Shown here: in pieces, positions 26,103-37,122 of the stretch
How positions within the stretch are numbered: position 1 is the stretch's first letter
How the letters are laid out: every line of letters begins with the position of its first letter
Origin: a virus
Strand: one strand, 5' to 3'
DNA: 64,000 nt
Virus record (IMG/VR): IMGVR_UViG_3300009425_000015
Location: 1 to 64,000 of that record
The notes under the pieces: generated by a model
The model's input: only the letters and a program-made list of their open reading frames with translations
Database searches by the model: none
Told to the model about the DNA's origin: nothing
Made by a program: the position numbers and the translations under genes

Positions 26103-26339
26103 TTATTCAAAGTCTGTCGGAGATGGATCCACCACTAACAGACTTCCACTGTTGTATGCGCTCTCATTATAGCACGAGTACCCATACTTCTTCACAACTT
26201 CCTCGGTTATTTGCTTCATTTTTTTAGAATTGCCAGTTATAATACGGCAAGGCAATTCTGCCCAGTTTAAAAAACAGCTGATTTTCTCTACCGCAGCAGA
26301 GTGTCGTATGTTATGTAAATCCAAAATCTGAAGAGCCAC
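26103..26339 (-). CDS. stand-alone Smr domain protein
   Basis: LDLH...IITG...NSG. Confidence 0.75.
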   Translation of the reverse strand: MALQILDLHNIRHSAAVEKISCFLNWAELPCRIITGNSKKMKQITEEVVKKYGYSCYNESAYNSGSLLVVDPSPTDFE

Positions 26340-26351
26340 GTGACACCTACT

Positions 26352-26993
26352 TTAACATACTTCTCTGGCTAAATCTAACTCTTCAAGCAGAGTGTACGTG
26401 AAAGAGTTACCCCATACGTCGGCGGCACGATTACAAGTGTCCATGAACTCATAAAAGTCTTTACTACTTTGGAATACTTGACAGCCTGCAGATACCCCAC
26501 CTGTATACTCCCTTTCGTCAGATCCCCATTGACGATGAATATTGATGCCGTACCATCCCTCGTCCTCTGCGCCGACATAGTCAGGGGTAGAATCTCTATT
26601 ATTGTCCCTCCAAACCTTAACCTTCGAACCTCTCTGCACAAGGGCTGTGTACTTCCGCTTGCCGCCGTGAGTTCCTATTCTATATGTCGAACGATACTGA
26701 TCAGGTACTAATATCGCAGTACCCTTGCTCTGAACGCTGGCTAGCGGTTTTCTCAGGATACTGATACCTGGTTCAGTTGTCGCAGGATAAATATCACAAA
26801 CCCAGGAATCATCCACCTTGTACAGAATGTTAATAAAGTCGTCGAAGCGTGATGCACTCCCCGACTTATTTCTCACGCCGACGATATTCAAGTTATAATC
26901 CCCATTCTTAAAGAATGAATAACCCTTGCTCTCCATAGCTGCCGCATAACTTTTCGCCAGAAGCTTCGCTTGTAATCCGATTATCTTTGCCAT
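26352..26993 (-). CDS. YkuD / L,D-transpeptidase-like cell-wall enzyme (endolysin candidate)
   Basis: GINIH...SAGCQV His/Cys motif. Confidence 0.65.
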   Translation of the reverse strand: MAKIIGLQAKLLAKSYAAAMESKGYSFFKNGDYNLNIVGVRNKSGSASRFDDFINILYKVDDSWVCDIYPATTEPGISILRKPLASVQSKGTAILVPDQYRSTYRIGTHGGKRKYTALVQRGSKVKVWRDNNRDSTPDYVGAEDEGWYGINIHRQWGSDEREYTGGVSAGCQVFQSSKDFYEFMDTCNRAADVWGNSFTYTLLEELDLAREVC

Positions 26994-27016
26994 TTCTCAA
27001 TGCTCCTATTTGTCGA

Positions 27017-28897
27017 CTATGCTTCTTCAAACTCTGCATCAATGATATCGTCATCTTGCGAGTCTTGAGTTTGTTCTTCTGCTGGCTCTGCTTGTTGTGC
27101 TGCCTCATACATTTTCTGGGTTGTCGACTGAACTAAGGCAGTAAGAGAGTCAAACTCCGAATTAATTTCAGACGGGTTATCTGAACCCTGAAGTGCAGCC
27201 TTCGCAGAAGCTATCGCTGTTTCCATTTTTTCGATGGAGCCAGCTTCAAGCTTTTCAGAATTTTCATCCATGAGTTTGCGGGTTTGAAATACTAGGGACT
27301 CCAGAGAATTCCTCTTTTCTACGTTCTCTCTTTTTTGTTTGTCTTCCTCCGCGTAGCGCTTGGCGTCCTCTACCATGCGCTCGATGTCTTCTGCGGACAT
27401 CGATCCTGATCCCTGTATCTTTATCGACTGCTCTTTGGAAGTTGCCTTGTCCTTAGCAGAAACGCTAACAATGCCATTTGCATCGATATCGAAAGTTACT
27501 TCTATCTGAGGCACTCCGCGGGGTGCGGGTGGAATTCCATCCAGTTTAAAGACACCGAGCCTCTTGTTGTCTGCCGAAAACTCCCTCTCCCCTTGCAAAA
27601 CCTTAATGTCGACTGCTGGTTGGTTGTTCTCCGCAGTAGTGAATACCTGAGACTTCGAGCATGGAATAGTGGAATTCCTCTCTATCAGTCTTGTCATGAC
27701 GCCGCCCATGGTTTCTAAGCCTAGGGATAGGGGGGTGACGTCCAATAAGAGAATGTCTTTCACCTCTCCCGAAAAAACTCCTCCCTGTACCGCTGCGCCT
27801 AGGGCAACAACTTCGTCTGGATTCACCGATGAACTGGCGCTTTTTTCAAATAATTTCTCAACCGCCTGACGGACTAAAGGTATCCTAGTTGAACCTCCGA
27901 CGAGCAAGACTTCATCAATATCCTTGATAGAAGCTGACGCATCCTTCATTGCTTTTCGCACTGGATCTAGAGTCTTTTCTACCAGCTCATCTATCATTTG
28001 TTCAAACGTCGATCGAGTGAGAGAAACGTTCATATGCTTAGGGCCCGACGCATCAGCTGTCAGAAATGGCAGATTTATATCTGTCTGTTGCGCGCTTGAT
28101 AGTTCAATCTTTGCCTTCTCTGAAGCCTCTTTAAGCCTTTGCAACACCATCGGATCTCCAGATATGTCAACTCCCGTCTCCTTCTTGAATTCGCTCACAA
28201 GCCAATCAATTAAAATTTTATCAATATCGTCGCCGCCCAAATGAGTATCCCCGTTTGTACTCAACACTTCCACAACTCCGTCTGCGATGTCTAATATAGA
28301 AACATCGAACGTTCCTCCACCGAGATCATACACGGCTATCTTGCGCTCTTTTCCCTTGTCAAAGCCGCATGCCAGAGCTGCTGCAGTAGGTTCGTTGATA
28401 ATTCTCCTGACTTCCAGGCCTGCTATCTTTCCAGCATCCCTAGTTGCCTGACGCTGAGAGTCGCTGAAGTATGCCGGGACTGTTATAACAGCCTCTCTGA
28501 CTTCTTCCCCCAAGAAACTTTCCGCTGCTGCTTTGAGTTTTAAGAGCACTTGTGCGCTGATTTCCTGAGGGGCGTGCAACTTCTCGCTAGCTAGAACTTC
28601 ACACATTCCAGAAGAAGACTTCTTCACCGAGTAGGGCATGGACTCTGCTTCGGCTGATATGTCATCGTACTTCATACCCATAAATCTCTTTACTGAAAAA
28701 ATGGTATTTTGCGGGTTCGTGACTGCCTGCCTTCTGGCTGGACTGCCCACTAGCCTATCTCCTAATTTCGTATATGCAACCACTGACGGGGTTGTCCTCG
28801 CCCCCTCTTCGTTTGTAATTATCTGGGGAGTTCCAGACTCCATGACTGAAACGACACTGTTCGTTGTTCCTAAATCTATTCCTATAACCTTTGACAT
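27017..28897 (-). CDS. dnaK: Hsp70 chaperone DnaK
   Basis: [27 protein letters not shown]-terminal IDAEFEE. Confidence 0.98.
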   Translation of the reverse strand: MSKVIGIDLGTTNSVVSVMESGTPQIITNEEGARTTPSVVAYTKLGDRLVGSPARRQAVTNPQNTIFSVKRFMGMKYDDISAEAESMPYSVKKSSSGMCEVLASEKLHAPQEISAQVLLKLKAAAESFLGEEVREAVITVPAYFSDSQRQATRDAGKIAGLEVRRIINEPTAAALACGFDKGKERKIAVYDLGGGTFDVSILDIADGVVEVLSTNGDTHLGGDDIDKILIDWLVSEFKKETGVDISGDPMVLQRLKEASEKAKIELSSAQQTDINLPFLTADASGPKHMNVSLTRSTFEQMIDELVEKTLDPVRKAMKDASASIKDIDEVLLVGGSTRIPLVRQAVEKLFEKSASSSVNPDEVVALGAAVQGGVFSGEVKDILLLDVTPLSLGLETMGGVMTRLIERNSTIPCSKSQVFTTAENNQPAVDIKVLQGEREFSADNKRLGVFKLDGIPPAPRGVPQIEVTFDIDANGIVSVSAKDKATSKEQSIKIQGSGSMSAEDIERMVEDAKRYAEEDKQKRENVEKRNSLESLVFQTRKLMDENSEKLEAGSIEKMETAIASAKAALQGSDNPSEINSEFDSLTALVQSTTQKMYEAAQQAEPAEEQTQDSQDDDIIDAEFEEA

Positions 28898-29004
28898 GAA
28901 ATTCTCCTTTTCACCTTAGTCCTCTTAAATATAAACACATTTTTTACCTATGCAACCATTATAGCATAAATAATTGCAAAATCAAGACAATTTTTTAATT
29001 ATTT

Positions 29005-29274
29005 TTAATCCAAGGCAACAAACTTTATCAACCAGTTAACCGACACCCACCCTTTATACGGGCCCGTTTGCTTCGAGAACGCCTTCTCGAAGTGAGAAGA
29101 ATATTCTGTTCCCGGCATCATATGCACGAGCGCTGCATGCTTGCCACTACTTAAGCCTTTATCATTCTTTTTCACTTCCAGAACAACACCCACCCACTCC
29201 TTACCATACAATATATGATACACTAAGTCACCTGGCTGAAACTCCTCTTCCTTTTTCCACATTCTCTGCAGCAT
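29005..29274 (-). CDS. SH3/KOW-like small protein
   Basis: FQPGDLVY...GVVL. Confidence 0.6.
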   Translation of the reverse strand: MLQRMWKKEEEFQPGDLVYHILYGKEWVGVVLEVKKNDKGLSSGKHAALVHMMPGTEYSSHFEKAFSKQTGPYKGWVSVNWLIKFVALD

Positions 29275-29502
29275 CCGTTGGTATCTCAGTCTGGAGTGTA
29301 TTTAATCCGTCGTCAAACCAAACCAAATAACACAAACATATCCAAGCGGCGAGCCAAAGCACTAGTACCGCCTTCATAAACTTATCATTCACAACTAATT
29401 ATGCTCCAGCTACGAGAATCTTTCCCATTTTGAATATCGAACTTTTCTTTTGCGCAAAACATTACTATAGTCAACAATACGGCGAGGGCCCCCAGTTTAA
29501 TA

Positions 29503-30114
29503 TTATAACTTTTCATCTACGTCATATGGTATGATATTAACTATCTGAACTAGCCTTGAGATATATGAAGACGCAATGTCTTCTCTGTTTCTGTCTCGAG
29601 CCTCTGATATTCGCCACCTAATAGCTTCGAATGTCATGCCACAATTTATATAAAATTGGTATGCCTCAAAAACAACCCTCGCCATTGAAGCATTTATAGA
29701 TCTGCCATATGCCCTAAACGTCATGGCGCTACCGTTACTACTGCACGTCTCTAAGATGACTAAAGCTTTAGCATCAGCCCCTGATGGCGTCTTTCTTGTG
29801 CCAACATCAGCCTTAACTGAAAACCCTGAGAATGTCAGATTCCTTAAAAGGGGAAACTCCTCCACGTATTCTGACATAAGTGCCCCAAACAGTGAATTCA
29901 CTGCCCCTTCTGACGTGTTTCTGATTTTTTTTTCTTTCTTTTTGTGCACGCCGCGCCTTTCTTCATATGAGCATGCAACCTCCGTCACGCCGGAATATTC
30001 TTTGATACTGATACCTTTAAACGAAAAATCTATTAGATTTTTATCAGATATGTCTGATATTATCTTTTCAACATGGTGCCTTCTTGTTTCCTCTGGACGC
30101 AAGATGTCTCCCAT
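29503..30114 (-). CDS. LeuA allosteric (dimerisation) domain-like protein
   Basis: GAVNSLFGAL...FSVKA...GADAKALVIL...GRSINAS. Confidence 0.55.
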   Translation of the reverse strand: MGDILRPEETRRHHVEKIISDISDKNLIDFSFKGISIKEYSGVTEVACSYEERRGVHKKKEKKIRNTSEGAVNSLFGALMSEYVEEFPLLRNLTFSGFSVKADVGTRKTPSGADAKALVILETCSSNGSAMTFRAYGRSINASMARVVFEAYQFYINCGMTFEAIRWRISEARDRNREDIASSYISRLVQIVNIIPYDVDEKL

Positions 30115-30495
30115 CTATTCTACTCTTTCTAACGAAGTTGAAACCTTAAAGATGTTGCTTACGCCTTTAAGCCTCTGGACGTCCCTCAGTATCCTTTTCT
30201 TGACATCCTCTGGTGCTCGAAACTCGCCTGGCACACTAGGTATAAATTTAATACTTACGCCCGCTACGTACCTCATCTCCCCTAAACGCTGGTTAGCTAT
30301 AACCACGGTGACAATAGTGACATTCGCTAGCGCTCGCAAGTCGGCAAGTATGTCATCTAGCCCTCTCTGAGTGGTGCTGTCGGACTCAATAGTGTAACCC
30401 AACATGCAGTAAAACTTGTATATACCCCTTTGGCGAGATCTACCTTTCTCTTCAGATATCTCTGAAAAATAATTCTGTATTTCTTTGCGCAACAT
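30115..30495 (-). CDS. hypothetical protein, probably late
   Basis: AGGAG RBS; ACTAATTA upstream. Confidence 0.7.
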   Translation of the reverse strand: MLRKEIQNYFSEISEEKGRSRQRGIYKFYCMLGYTIESDSTTQRGLDDILADLRALANVTIVTVVIANQRLGEMRYVAGVSIKFIPSVPGEFRAPEDVKKRILRDVQRLKGVSNIFKVSTSLERVE

Positions 30496-30585
30496 ATAGT
30501 GCTCCTATTCTATACTAATTAGTAAAACAAAAACAAAAGGCTGCACGTTTGTGTCACCTTTTTCTGAGGTGTCATTCTAACATAA

Positions 30586-30939
30586 TCACGTAAATATCTG
30601 AATAACAACAATCAGCAAAGATAATGCTACACACGATAAAGTTTTAGCTGTCATCATACTCTCTTTTAGGAATACGCTAGTAAGTATCGGGAACGTAACA
30701 TAGGAAAGCCCGAAGCTCATAAACCTCGCCGACCAAACAGATTTACCGAGCCCCTCTGCAGTGAACCTCCATGCATACCAAAATGATAAGCCGCATGGAA
30801 TGCCCAACAGAACCACAGTTAGCAAGCCCTTGTCTTTCCACCAGTCATTAATGAACTGAAGATTCAGCTGAAACCAGCTTACTGTCTGAGCCAATAAGAA
30901 CAGTCCTGCTCCAATTATTATCTTTTCCTGCGACGTCAT
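30586..30939 (-). CDS. small 4-TM DMT/EamA-like membrane protein
   Basis: Four hydrophobic segments; FLKES motif. Confidence 0.65.
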   Translation of the reverse strand: MTSQEKIIIGAGLFLLAQTVSWFQLNLQFINDWWKDKGLLTVVLLGIPCGLSFWYAWRFTAEGLGKSVWSARFMSFGLSYVTFPILTSVFLKESMMTAKTLSCVALSLLIVVIQIFT

Positions 30940-31292
30940 TATTGAGTCTCCAGGCTTATACCAGCCTTAAGTAGTTCCGATCGGTTGACATTTAGCATCG
31001 CTGTTATTTTAGATAGCCCCAACACAACTTCTACATCAACTTCGTAGTGGGTCTTCCCTGGTTCTGGAACAAAGTGTATCTCCAGCATCTCTCTGAAGGC
31101 GTGAGCCTCTAGCAGGATTTCGTGTACTCGGCTTGACACCTCTCTGCTGTGCAAGACGTTTCTAGTTGTGTAGTGATCAGCCAGTAGGGCATCGGCTCGT
31201 AAGGATAAGCTCTGTGCTTCTACAAAGAACCTCCTTACCTCAGTGGCTGTAAATGCTAGTCTTTTTTTAGGCTTTGGTTTATCTTCCGACAT
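30939..31292 (-). CDS. hypothetical protein
   Basis: Coupled ORF. Confidence 0.65.
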   Translation of the reverse strand: MSEDKPKPKKRLAFTATEVRRFFVEAQSLSLRADALLADHYTTRNVLHSREVSSRVHEILLEAHAFREMLEIHFVPEPGKTHYEVDVEVVLGLSKITAMLNVNRSELLKAGISLETQ

Positions 31293-31294
31293 GC

Positions 31295-31690
31295 TTAAAT
31301 CCTCTTCCCTTTGCCCCAGAAGAAAGCGCTCTTCCTTGCCCGTGTGATAAGAAGGGCAGATATATATTTCTTACCGCGGGACTCCATTAAGCTAGCCTTG
31401 TGCAGCTCAAAGAGCCCATACTTTGGATATCTTTGCCTTTTGCCATACTTTTGCCTGGGCGGCGGTTTATTTAAGTAAGCCACGCAAGCTGCAGCCAACT
31501 CTTCGATGGTTGCGTCTACCATGTCTCCGTCGTTGACGCGTATCTTTACTGCAACAACCCACTTTTTGGCGCCATACCCTGAGATTTCCCAGAAATTGCT
31601 GCCGTGGTATCTTCCGAATCTGACAGGGGACAACTTTGACGATGTTGAATATTCCCTTACTGGCTGTAAGTCACACTCCACCTCATACAT
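31295..31690 (-). CDS. hypothetical protein
   Basis: AGGAG RBS; coupled. Confidence 0.65.
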   Translation of the reverse strand: MYEVECDLQPVREYSTSSKLSPVRFGRYHGSNFWEISGYGAKKWVVAVKIRVNDGDMVDATIEELAAACVAYLNKPPPRQKYGKRQRYPKYGLFELHKASLMESRGKKYISALLITRARKSAFFWGKGKRI

Positions 31691-31943
31691 TTTGTTCTCC
31701 TATTTCTTTTTCCACGTCCGAGAAGCCTCCGACTAGTCGTGTGGCCCCGGTTAAAAGGTTGTTCTCCAGTATGATAGGTATTGTTCCCCAGCTATAATAC
31801 CTTTTTGCCTCCTCTATACCTTCAACATCTTCCTCCATGTTCAAGAATACATATTTTATATCCAGCGACGTGAGCAAGTCTTCCGCTTTTCTGCAATAAT
31901 TGCATGATGGTGTGCCATAAATTATGTATCTTGAATTACCCAT
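31683..31943 (-). CDS. glutaredoxin
   Basis: CNYC, TIP, VGGF. Confidence 0.88.
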   Translation of the reverse strand: MGNSRYIIYGTPSCNYCRKAEDLLTSLDIKYVFLNMEEDVEGIEEAKRYYSWGTIPIILENNLLTGATRLVGGFSDVEKEIGEQNV

Positions 31944-32244
31944 GTAGAATCACCTTCTTCGAAGAGAGGGAGAGACTCTCGCTCACCTCGTTCAGAGATC
32001 CAACGACTGTAATCTCTGTATGATAATTGGAGTGACTACTGGTGAACATAATTGTACAAAAAGCTCGGTTCTCTCCTATCGTCGATGTGCTCTCAAATAT
32101 CGCCGTATTCAGCTTCTTGTTCTCTCGAAGAAACGCAACATGCTCTGAGTTGACAAGTATCTCCCTTGTTCTATACAACATTTTCGATGCCGGATTCTCT
32201 AAACTAGTAGATTCCCTGTATACTTCTTTTAACTTAACTATCAT
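31936..32244 (-). CDS. hypothetical protein (FlbD-like xLVNxxHV pattern)
   Basis: ILVNSEHVAFLRE...VVGSLNEV. Confidence 0.6.
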   Translation of the reverse strand: MIVKLKEVYRESTSLENPASKMLYRTREILVNSEHVAFLRENKKLNTAIFESTSTIGENRAFCTIMFTSSHSNYHTEITVVGSLNEVSESLSLSSKKVILHG

Positions 32245-32462
32245 TTCCTATCTCCTTCGATTAAGAAAGCATTGCTTTTCATAACTAACCACGGGACACC
32301 GTCACAGAGAACTTTGTATATATCTCCAAAATCCCCCAACACCAACACCACTCGCGGTGTATGCAATTTCTTATACGCTGATGGGGAATTCTCATGATTC
32401 TGCATCAGCGTTTCCGATGGTAGGTATACCAAGCTATTCTTCAATGCTTTCCTGGTTTTCAT
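32241..32462 (-). CDS. hypothetical protein
   Basis: Coupled ORF. Confidence 0.55.
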   Translation of the reverse strand: MKTRKALKNSLVYLPSETLMQNHENSPSAYKKLHTPRVVLVLGDFGDIYKVLCDGVPWLVMKSNAFLIEGDRK

Positions 32463-32745
32463 GATTATTTATCTTTTCGACAAGACTGTTAGCTAGCGCC
32501 GAGTTGTAGCTGGCAACAATTGCTAAACAATCGCTGATCAGCAAGTCTGCATGCACCATCTTGTCTCTAGCTTCGCTAAGCTTAATGTAGAATTCTTCTG
32601 GCGTTTGTTTATTCTCGAATTCTGACGCGGCGTCTGCTAAATCCTTAGAAGAAAGTCTCGAATACGAAACTGCCTTATCTAAAAGTCTCGCTACTTCTTC
32701 TGGGATATCATCCATATCTACTGTATATTGTAATTTTACTTTCAA
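32434..32745 (-). CDS. hypothetical protein
   Basis: MKVKLQYTVDMDDIPEEV; helical. Confidence 0.65.
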   Translation of the reverse strand: MKVKLQYTVDMDDIPEEVARLLDKAVSYSRLSSKDLADAASEFENKQTPEEFYIKLSEARDKMVHADLLISDCLAIVASYNSALANSLVEKINNHENQESIEE

Positions 32746-33095
32746 GCTCCCTCTCTTTCCAAATATCTCTTATATTTTTTTATTGAAATCCGAGACTCCT
32801 CGTCGTACGACTCTGGCAAAGGTATCCCAAGAGATAAAGCCAGCAGCTTACCGTACTCCCATGCTGATAATTCCATATTCAAGACATCATCCTCAGTGCC
32901 CGAAGCATGTCCTAAGATTGCATGCGATGCCTCGTGCAATAGTCCGCATAAGCATGACTCTGCGGTTTGGCTAGAATTCATCTCTATTAGACATGAGTCG
33001 TGATAGTAGCTATCTTCGTATGCTGAGTCGTAATCAACAACGATGTCGTACTCTTCGAGTAAAAGATGCTCGATTCTTCTAAGTAACTCTTCCAA
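32742..33095 (-). CDS. HExxH metallopeptidase-like protein (ImmA/IrrE-like)
   Basis: LLHEASH...ELSAW. Confidence 0.65.
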   Translation of the reverse strand: MEELLRRIEHLLLEEYDIVVDYDSAYEDSYYHDSCLIEMNSSQTAESCLCGLLHEASHAILGHASGTEDDVLNMELSAWEYGKLLALSLGIPLPESYDEESRISIKKYKRYLEREGA

Positions 33096-33146
33096 AACTC
33101 AAATCCCCTAACTATTAACTAATTCTACCAGATCTAAGATAGAATG

Positions 33147-33434
33147 TCAAGAGCCAGAAGATATTTTATTCAGAACTAGTGCCCCGATGACACCAACAAA
33201 ACTGGTGAACAATATCCACATCATCTTCGTGGAGGTGGATTTCCATGTTTCAAGATTCTTAATCCTAGCATACAATCCGTCATCGGGATTATAAACCGCT
33301 TCTTTTATTTTTGCTATATCTTGAGACATCTCTTCCTGCTTCTCTCTCATAACAGAGATATCATTCATCATCTGACTCATCTTCAAGTCTATCTTCATCA
33401 TGCACTGTTCTGCGTTGGGATTCTCATTACTCAT
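33147..33434 (-). CDS. coiled-coil protein with a C-terminal TM helix (holin-like)
   Basis: GGAGG RBS; ACTAATTA upstream; C-terminal hydrophobic helix. Confidence 0.6.
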   Translation of the reverse strand: MSNENPNAEQCMMKIDLKMSQMMNDISVMREKQEEMSQDIAKIKEAVYNPDDGLYARIKNLETWKSTSTKMMWILFTSFVGVIGALVLNKISSGS

Positions 33435-33470
33435 AGCTCACCCTCCAAAGTAGGTTAGAATACACCGTAA

Positions 33471-35045
33471 TTAGTCATCGCAGTCGACAATTGCGTGATT
33501 AGTTGTCAATAATGTACCAGAAACGGATACTGCATTCACTAGGGCGCAGCGGGCAACCTTAACAGGATCAATAACCCCGACAAGATACATATCAACCATG
33601 TCTCCTGTTGAGAAATTCATGCCAGTATCACCTGATTCATTCAGAATACTGTTGATTACAACGTCCTCGGACATTCCGCAGTTTAAAGCCATTTGTCTAA
33701 CCGGTGCCTGTAGCGCTTCCTTCACCACGGAAACCCCGATTGCTTGCTCTTCAGTGTCCGTTTCAACTGTCAGGTTCTCACTAATTCTCAACAAGGCGAT
33801 GCCGCCGCCGGGGATGACACCCTCTTGCTGCGCCGATCTCACCGCCTCAAGTGCGTCTTCAATTCTATGCTTCTTTTCTATCATTTCAATTTCTGTTGCG
33901 GCGCCAACCTTTATAACTGCGATACCACTAGCTAGCCTTGTAATCCTCTCCTGTACCCTCTCTGCGGCGAGGAGCGAGTCAGTCGTCTCCACCTCCCCCT
34001 TCAACATATCTATACGCTCCTCTGCCTTGTCAGCGTCACCGCGGCCTCCGACGATGGTGGTAAACCCTTTCGAGATCTCGATTGACTGAGCCGATCCGAA
34101 TTGTTGCATTTCAACGTTCTTAACATCGTCTCCTCGTGATTTCTCAAAATAATGCCCACCTGTGGCGATAGCTAAGTCGCTCATGATACCGCGGCGCTCC
34201 TCTCCATACCGAGGGGCTTTAATAGCTGCCACTTTCATAGTGCCTCTCATGGAATTCATGATTAACGCAGCAAGTGCTTGGCCAGAAATATCATCTGCGA
34301 CAATGACAAAAGGCTTGTTCTCCCGCGCAGCTATCTCTAGCGATGGAAGTATTTGCTCTACGTTTTCTATTTTCTCATTCACAATTAAGAACATCGGGTT
34401 TTCGTAATTCACAGTGCCGCGTCTTTCGTCTGTAACAAAAGCCCCGGCTGCGTAGCCTGCATCCATGCGAAAGCCCTCTTTTAATTCTAGCGTAGTTTCT
34501 ACTGAGCGTGCTTCTTCGATTGTTATAGCGCCATCTTTCCCGACTCTATCGACAGCCAGAGCAATAAGATTTCCTATCTCCAAATCCCCATTCGCGGATA
34601 TCGTCGCAATGTGTGACACGTCCTGTTGACTCTGTATGGGGCGCGAGGATTCCTTGAGCCTCTCAGACACCTTCGCTACGGCTTTGTCCATCCCTCTCTT
34701 TATTTCGATTGGCGAGGCGCCAGAAACCAAGTGTGCCATGGCAGACTTAAGTATTGCGCGAGCGAGCACAGTCGAAGTTGTCGTACCATCACCAGCATCA
34801 ACGTTTGTTTTCGCTGCTGCCTGCTTTACAATCTGCGCTCCCAAGTTTTCAAACTCATCCTCAAACGAAATGAACTTAGCAACAGTCACTCCGTCTTTAG
34901 TTATGTACGGCCTGCGGTTTTTCTCTTTAATGATAACGTTCCTTCCGCGTGGGCCCATCGTCGATGCCACGTTATCGGCTAAAGCATTAACACCTTTCAT
35001 TAGCTTCTCTCTTAAAGAAATTTTCGAATCATACTTTTTAGACAT
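33471..35045 (-). CDS. groEL: chaperonin GroEL
   Basis: TMGPRGRNV, TKDGVTVAK, GDGTTT, PGGG, IDPVKV. Confidence 0.97.
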   Translation of the reverse strand: MSKKYDSKISLREKLMKGVNALADNVASTMGPRGRNVIIKEKNRRPYITKDGVTVAKFISFEDEFENLGAQIVKQAAAKTNVDAGDGTTTSTVLARAILKSAMAHLVSGASPIEIKRGMDKAVAKVSERLKESSRPIQSQQDVSHIATISANGDLEIGNLIALAVDRVGKDGAITIEEARSVETTLELKEGFRMDAGYAAGAFVTDERRGTVNYENPMFLIVNEKIENVEQILPSLEIAARENKPFVIVADDISGQALAALIMNSMRGTMKVAAIKAPRYGEERRGIMSDLAIATGGHYFEKSRGDDVKNVEMQQFGSAQSIEISKGFTTIVGGRGDADKAEERIDMLKGEVETTDSLLAAERVQERITRLASGIAVIKVGAATEIEMIEKKHRIEDALEAVRSAQQEGVIPGGGIALLRISENLTVETDTEEQAIGVSVVKEALQAPVRQMALNCGMSEDVVINSILNESGDTGMNFSTGDMVDMYLVGVIDPVKVARCALVNAVSVSGTLLTTNHAIVDCDD

Positions 35046-35117
35046 TATTACCCCTTTGTAAAATCAAGTACCCTATATATTATAATCATTTTATCAGATT
35101 TGTCAAGTGTTTTAAAA

Positions 35118-36320
35118 TTAAATACGGCCGGCGGATTTAGAGACAGCGTCGGCTGAACTCTTCACTTTTCCTGCTTTTTCTTTCGTATTTGCTGATGGGG
35201 CATAAAGTAGCTCCGTTGATTTTTTACTAAGATCTTGCAGGGTTGATAGTAAGCCTTTAAATTTCTCGTCCAGATCAGACAGTATCTGCTCTGTGCGCGC
35301 CTCTACATTTTCGAACTCTATCGTTCCAAGATGCTGATATGCTGCCTGATTTAAGAGCCAGGAGCTGTCCACCTTCATTCCTTCTGGCTCCCTTGGCGAA
35401 TCCACGCCTAGGTGCCTCTTTATCGTCGGAACACTTTTCGCAAATTGACTTTTAGAAGATACTCTAGACATAAGCGGATCTCCGGGAACATATTTGTCAG
35501 ATTTCTTTTTCCTACCCTTCCTCTGTTTCTTAATATATTTCCTTGGGGCTCTCTCTCGAAATGCGTCGATGACTTCCTCAGAGATATGGAAAGCTTCAAA
35601 AGATAAAGTATTCTTACCCTTATCCGCAACAATGTAAGTAAACCCTTCAGGGTATTTCTCTAGCGACATTTTTATCGAAGCTTCGCTGAATTTTACTTTT
35701 GTTGCCCCTGAGGATATTAATTTTATTGATGTCGCAAGACTGGGGAAATCGACATCAACCACGCCGGAATCTTTCGTCTTCTTGTTGTCCGGACGTATAC
35801 GCTCTCCACCAAACACTAAAGCCATTAGAACTTCAAACAAAAATCCGGCAGATGATGCATCCGGTGTTTTTTGCAAATTATAAAATATTCTCAAAACCTG
35901 TATTGTTGATAGCGCAGCTGCATGATCATTGACGCTCACAGAACTATTCAAGAATGAATTCATCTCATTTATGAAGCTCCCCAAGTCTCTGATGTCTCTT
36001 GTCACCCTAAGACTTTCCAACGCTGACTTTAGCTTTTCTTTTTCGTGCGGAAAGGACGCGCCCTCAGCATTGATGCTCAGCCAGCTGGGATCAAGCTGAA
36101 AGTCTGGTATCAGCAATTTCACCTCTTTGCTCGTCCCTTTCGCACTAGCTGATTCTAATATCTCCGGATTTTGCTCAACCTCAGTGGCGGCTTCAACCTT
36201 CTTATCGAAGGGTGATGAGCCTTCAACCTGCTCCACCAGCTCAACTAGGTTCTTAAAATTTAGAACGTTCTGGGCTTTGCGGGGTAAAAATTTCTCTACT
36301 ATATCCTCGAACGACGGCAT
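35118..36320 (-). CDS. hypothetical late protein with a possible nuclease-like fold
   Basis: AGFLFE...VD...SIK; ACTAATTA upstream. Confidence 0.6.
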   Translation of the reverse strand: MPSFEDIVEKFLPRKAQNVLNFKNLVELVEQVEGSSPFDKKVEAATEVEQNPEILESASAKGTSKEVKLLIPDFQLDPSWLSINAEGASFPHEKEKLKSALESLRVTRDIRDLGSFINEMNSFLNSSVSVNDHAAALSTIQVLRIFYNLQKTPDASSAGFLFEVLMALVFGGERIRPDNKKTKDSGVVDVDFPSLATSIKLISSGATKVKFSEASIKMSLEKYPEGFTYIVADKGKNTLSFEAFHISEEVIDAFRERAPRKYIKKQRKGRKKKSDKYVPGDPLMSRVSSKSQFAKSVPTIKRHLGVDSPREPEGMKVDSSWLLNQAAYQHLGTIEFENVEARTEQILSDLDEKFKGLLSTLQDLSKKSTELLYAPSANTKEKAGKVKSSADAVSKSAGRI

Positions 36321-36354
36321 TGGGTATCCTCCATCTTAATTAGTTACGTGCAAG

Positions 36355-37122
36355 TTAAATTACCACATCTGCAATGCCATGCTCGATAGCTTCTTCTGCA
36401 GACAGGTATACGTCAACATTCTTTTTCAAAAATTTACGAATTCTCTTCTCAGAAAGGTTTGTCTCAGCTGCTAAACACTTAACATACTGGCTTTGGATCC
36501 ACCTAACTTCTGATATTTCATTCTCCATATTTAGGAAGCTTCCGTGATAGCCGCCGTTAACACTGTGTATCATTACTCGACAATTGGCGCCGATTTCCCT
36601 TTTGCCTTTGGTGCCAGCTGCTAGCAAAAGTACTCCGGCAGACATTACCTTCCCCATCCCAACGGTGTTTACATCGCAGGTTTCCTTAACCAGGTTTATA
36701 GTGTCGTATATCGCAAACATCTCCGAGGCAGTGCCGCCGTTTGTTGAAATTAAAAAACTCATCGACTTTCTTGATTTGGACTCTTCTAAAGTCTCCTCTT
36801 CAATTTCATCGCTTGACTCGTCATTATCTCGGGCAGGGTGTGCGTGATCTTTAAGGAACATGAGAGACTGAACAATTTCGGATCCTTTTTCTTCAGTTAA
36901 ATCCCCGTAGAGAGTCATACTTCTCAGTAGCGATGGTTCTGAGCTTGGCTGCTCTATGTTGTTGATTATTACAAACCGTTCTTCGTCAATTGACGAAGCT
37001 TCGTCAAATTTGAAGTCGTCATCAATAATGATATCTTCCACCTTCCCTTCTTTCGATGATGGCTTCCCCTTGCTCTTCCTATCCTTCGATTTTTTATCAC
37101 TACTTTTATCTTTTTCTTTCAT
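36355..37122 (-). CDS. clpP: ClpP-family protease subunit
   Basis: STNGG, VMSAG (Ser), RVMIH (His), DVYLSAEEA. Confidence 0.9.
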   Translation of the reverse strand: MKEKDKSSDKKSKDRKSKGKPSSKEGKVEDIIIDDDFKFDEASSIDEERFVIINNIEQPSSEPSLLRSMTLYGDLTEEKGSEIVQSLMFLKDHAHPARDNDESSDEIEEETLEESKSRKSMSFLISTNGGTASEMFAIYDTINLVKETCDVNTVGMGKVMSAGVLLLAAGTKGKREIGANCRVMIHSVNGGYHGSFLNMENEISEVRWIQSQYVKCLAAETNLSEKRIRKFLKKNVDVYLSAEEAIEHGIADVVI

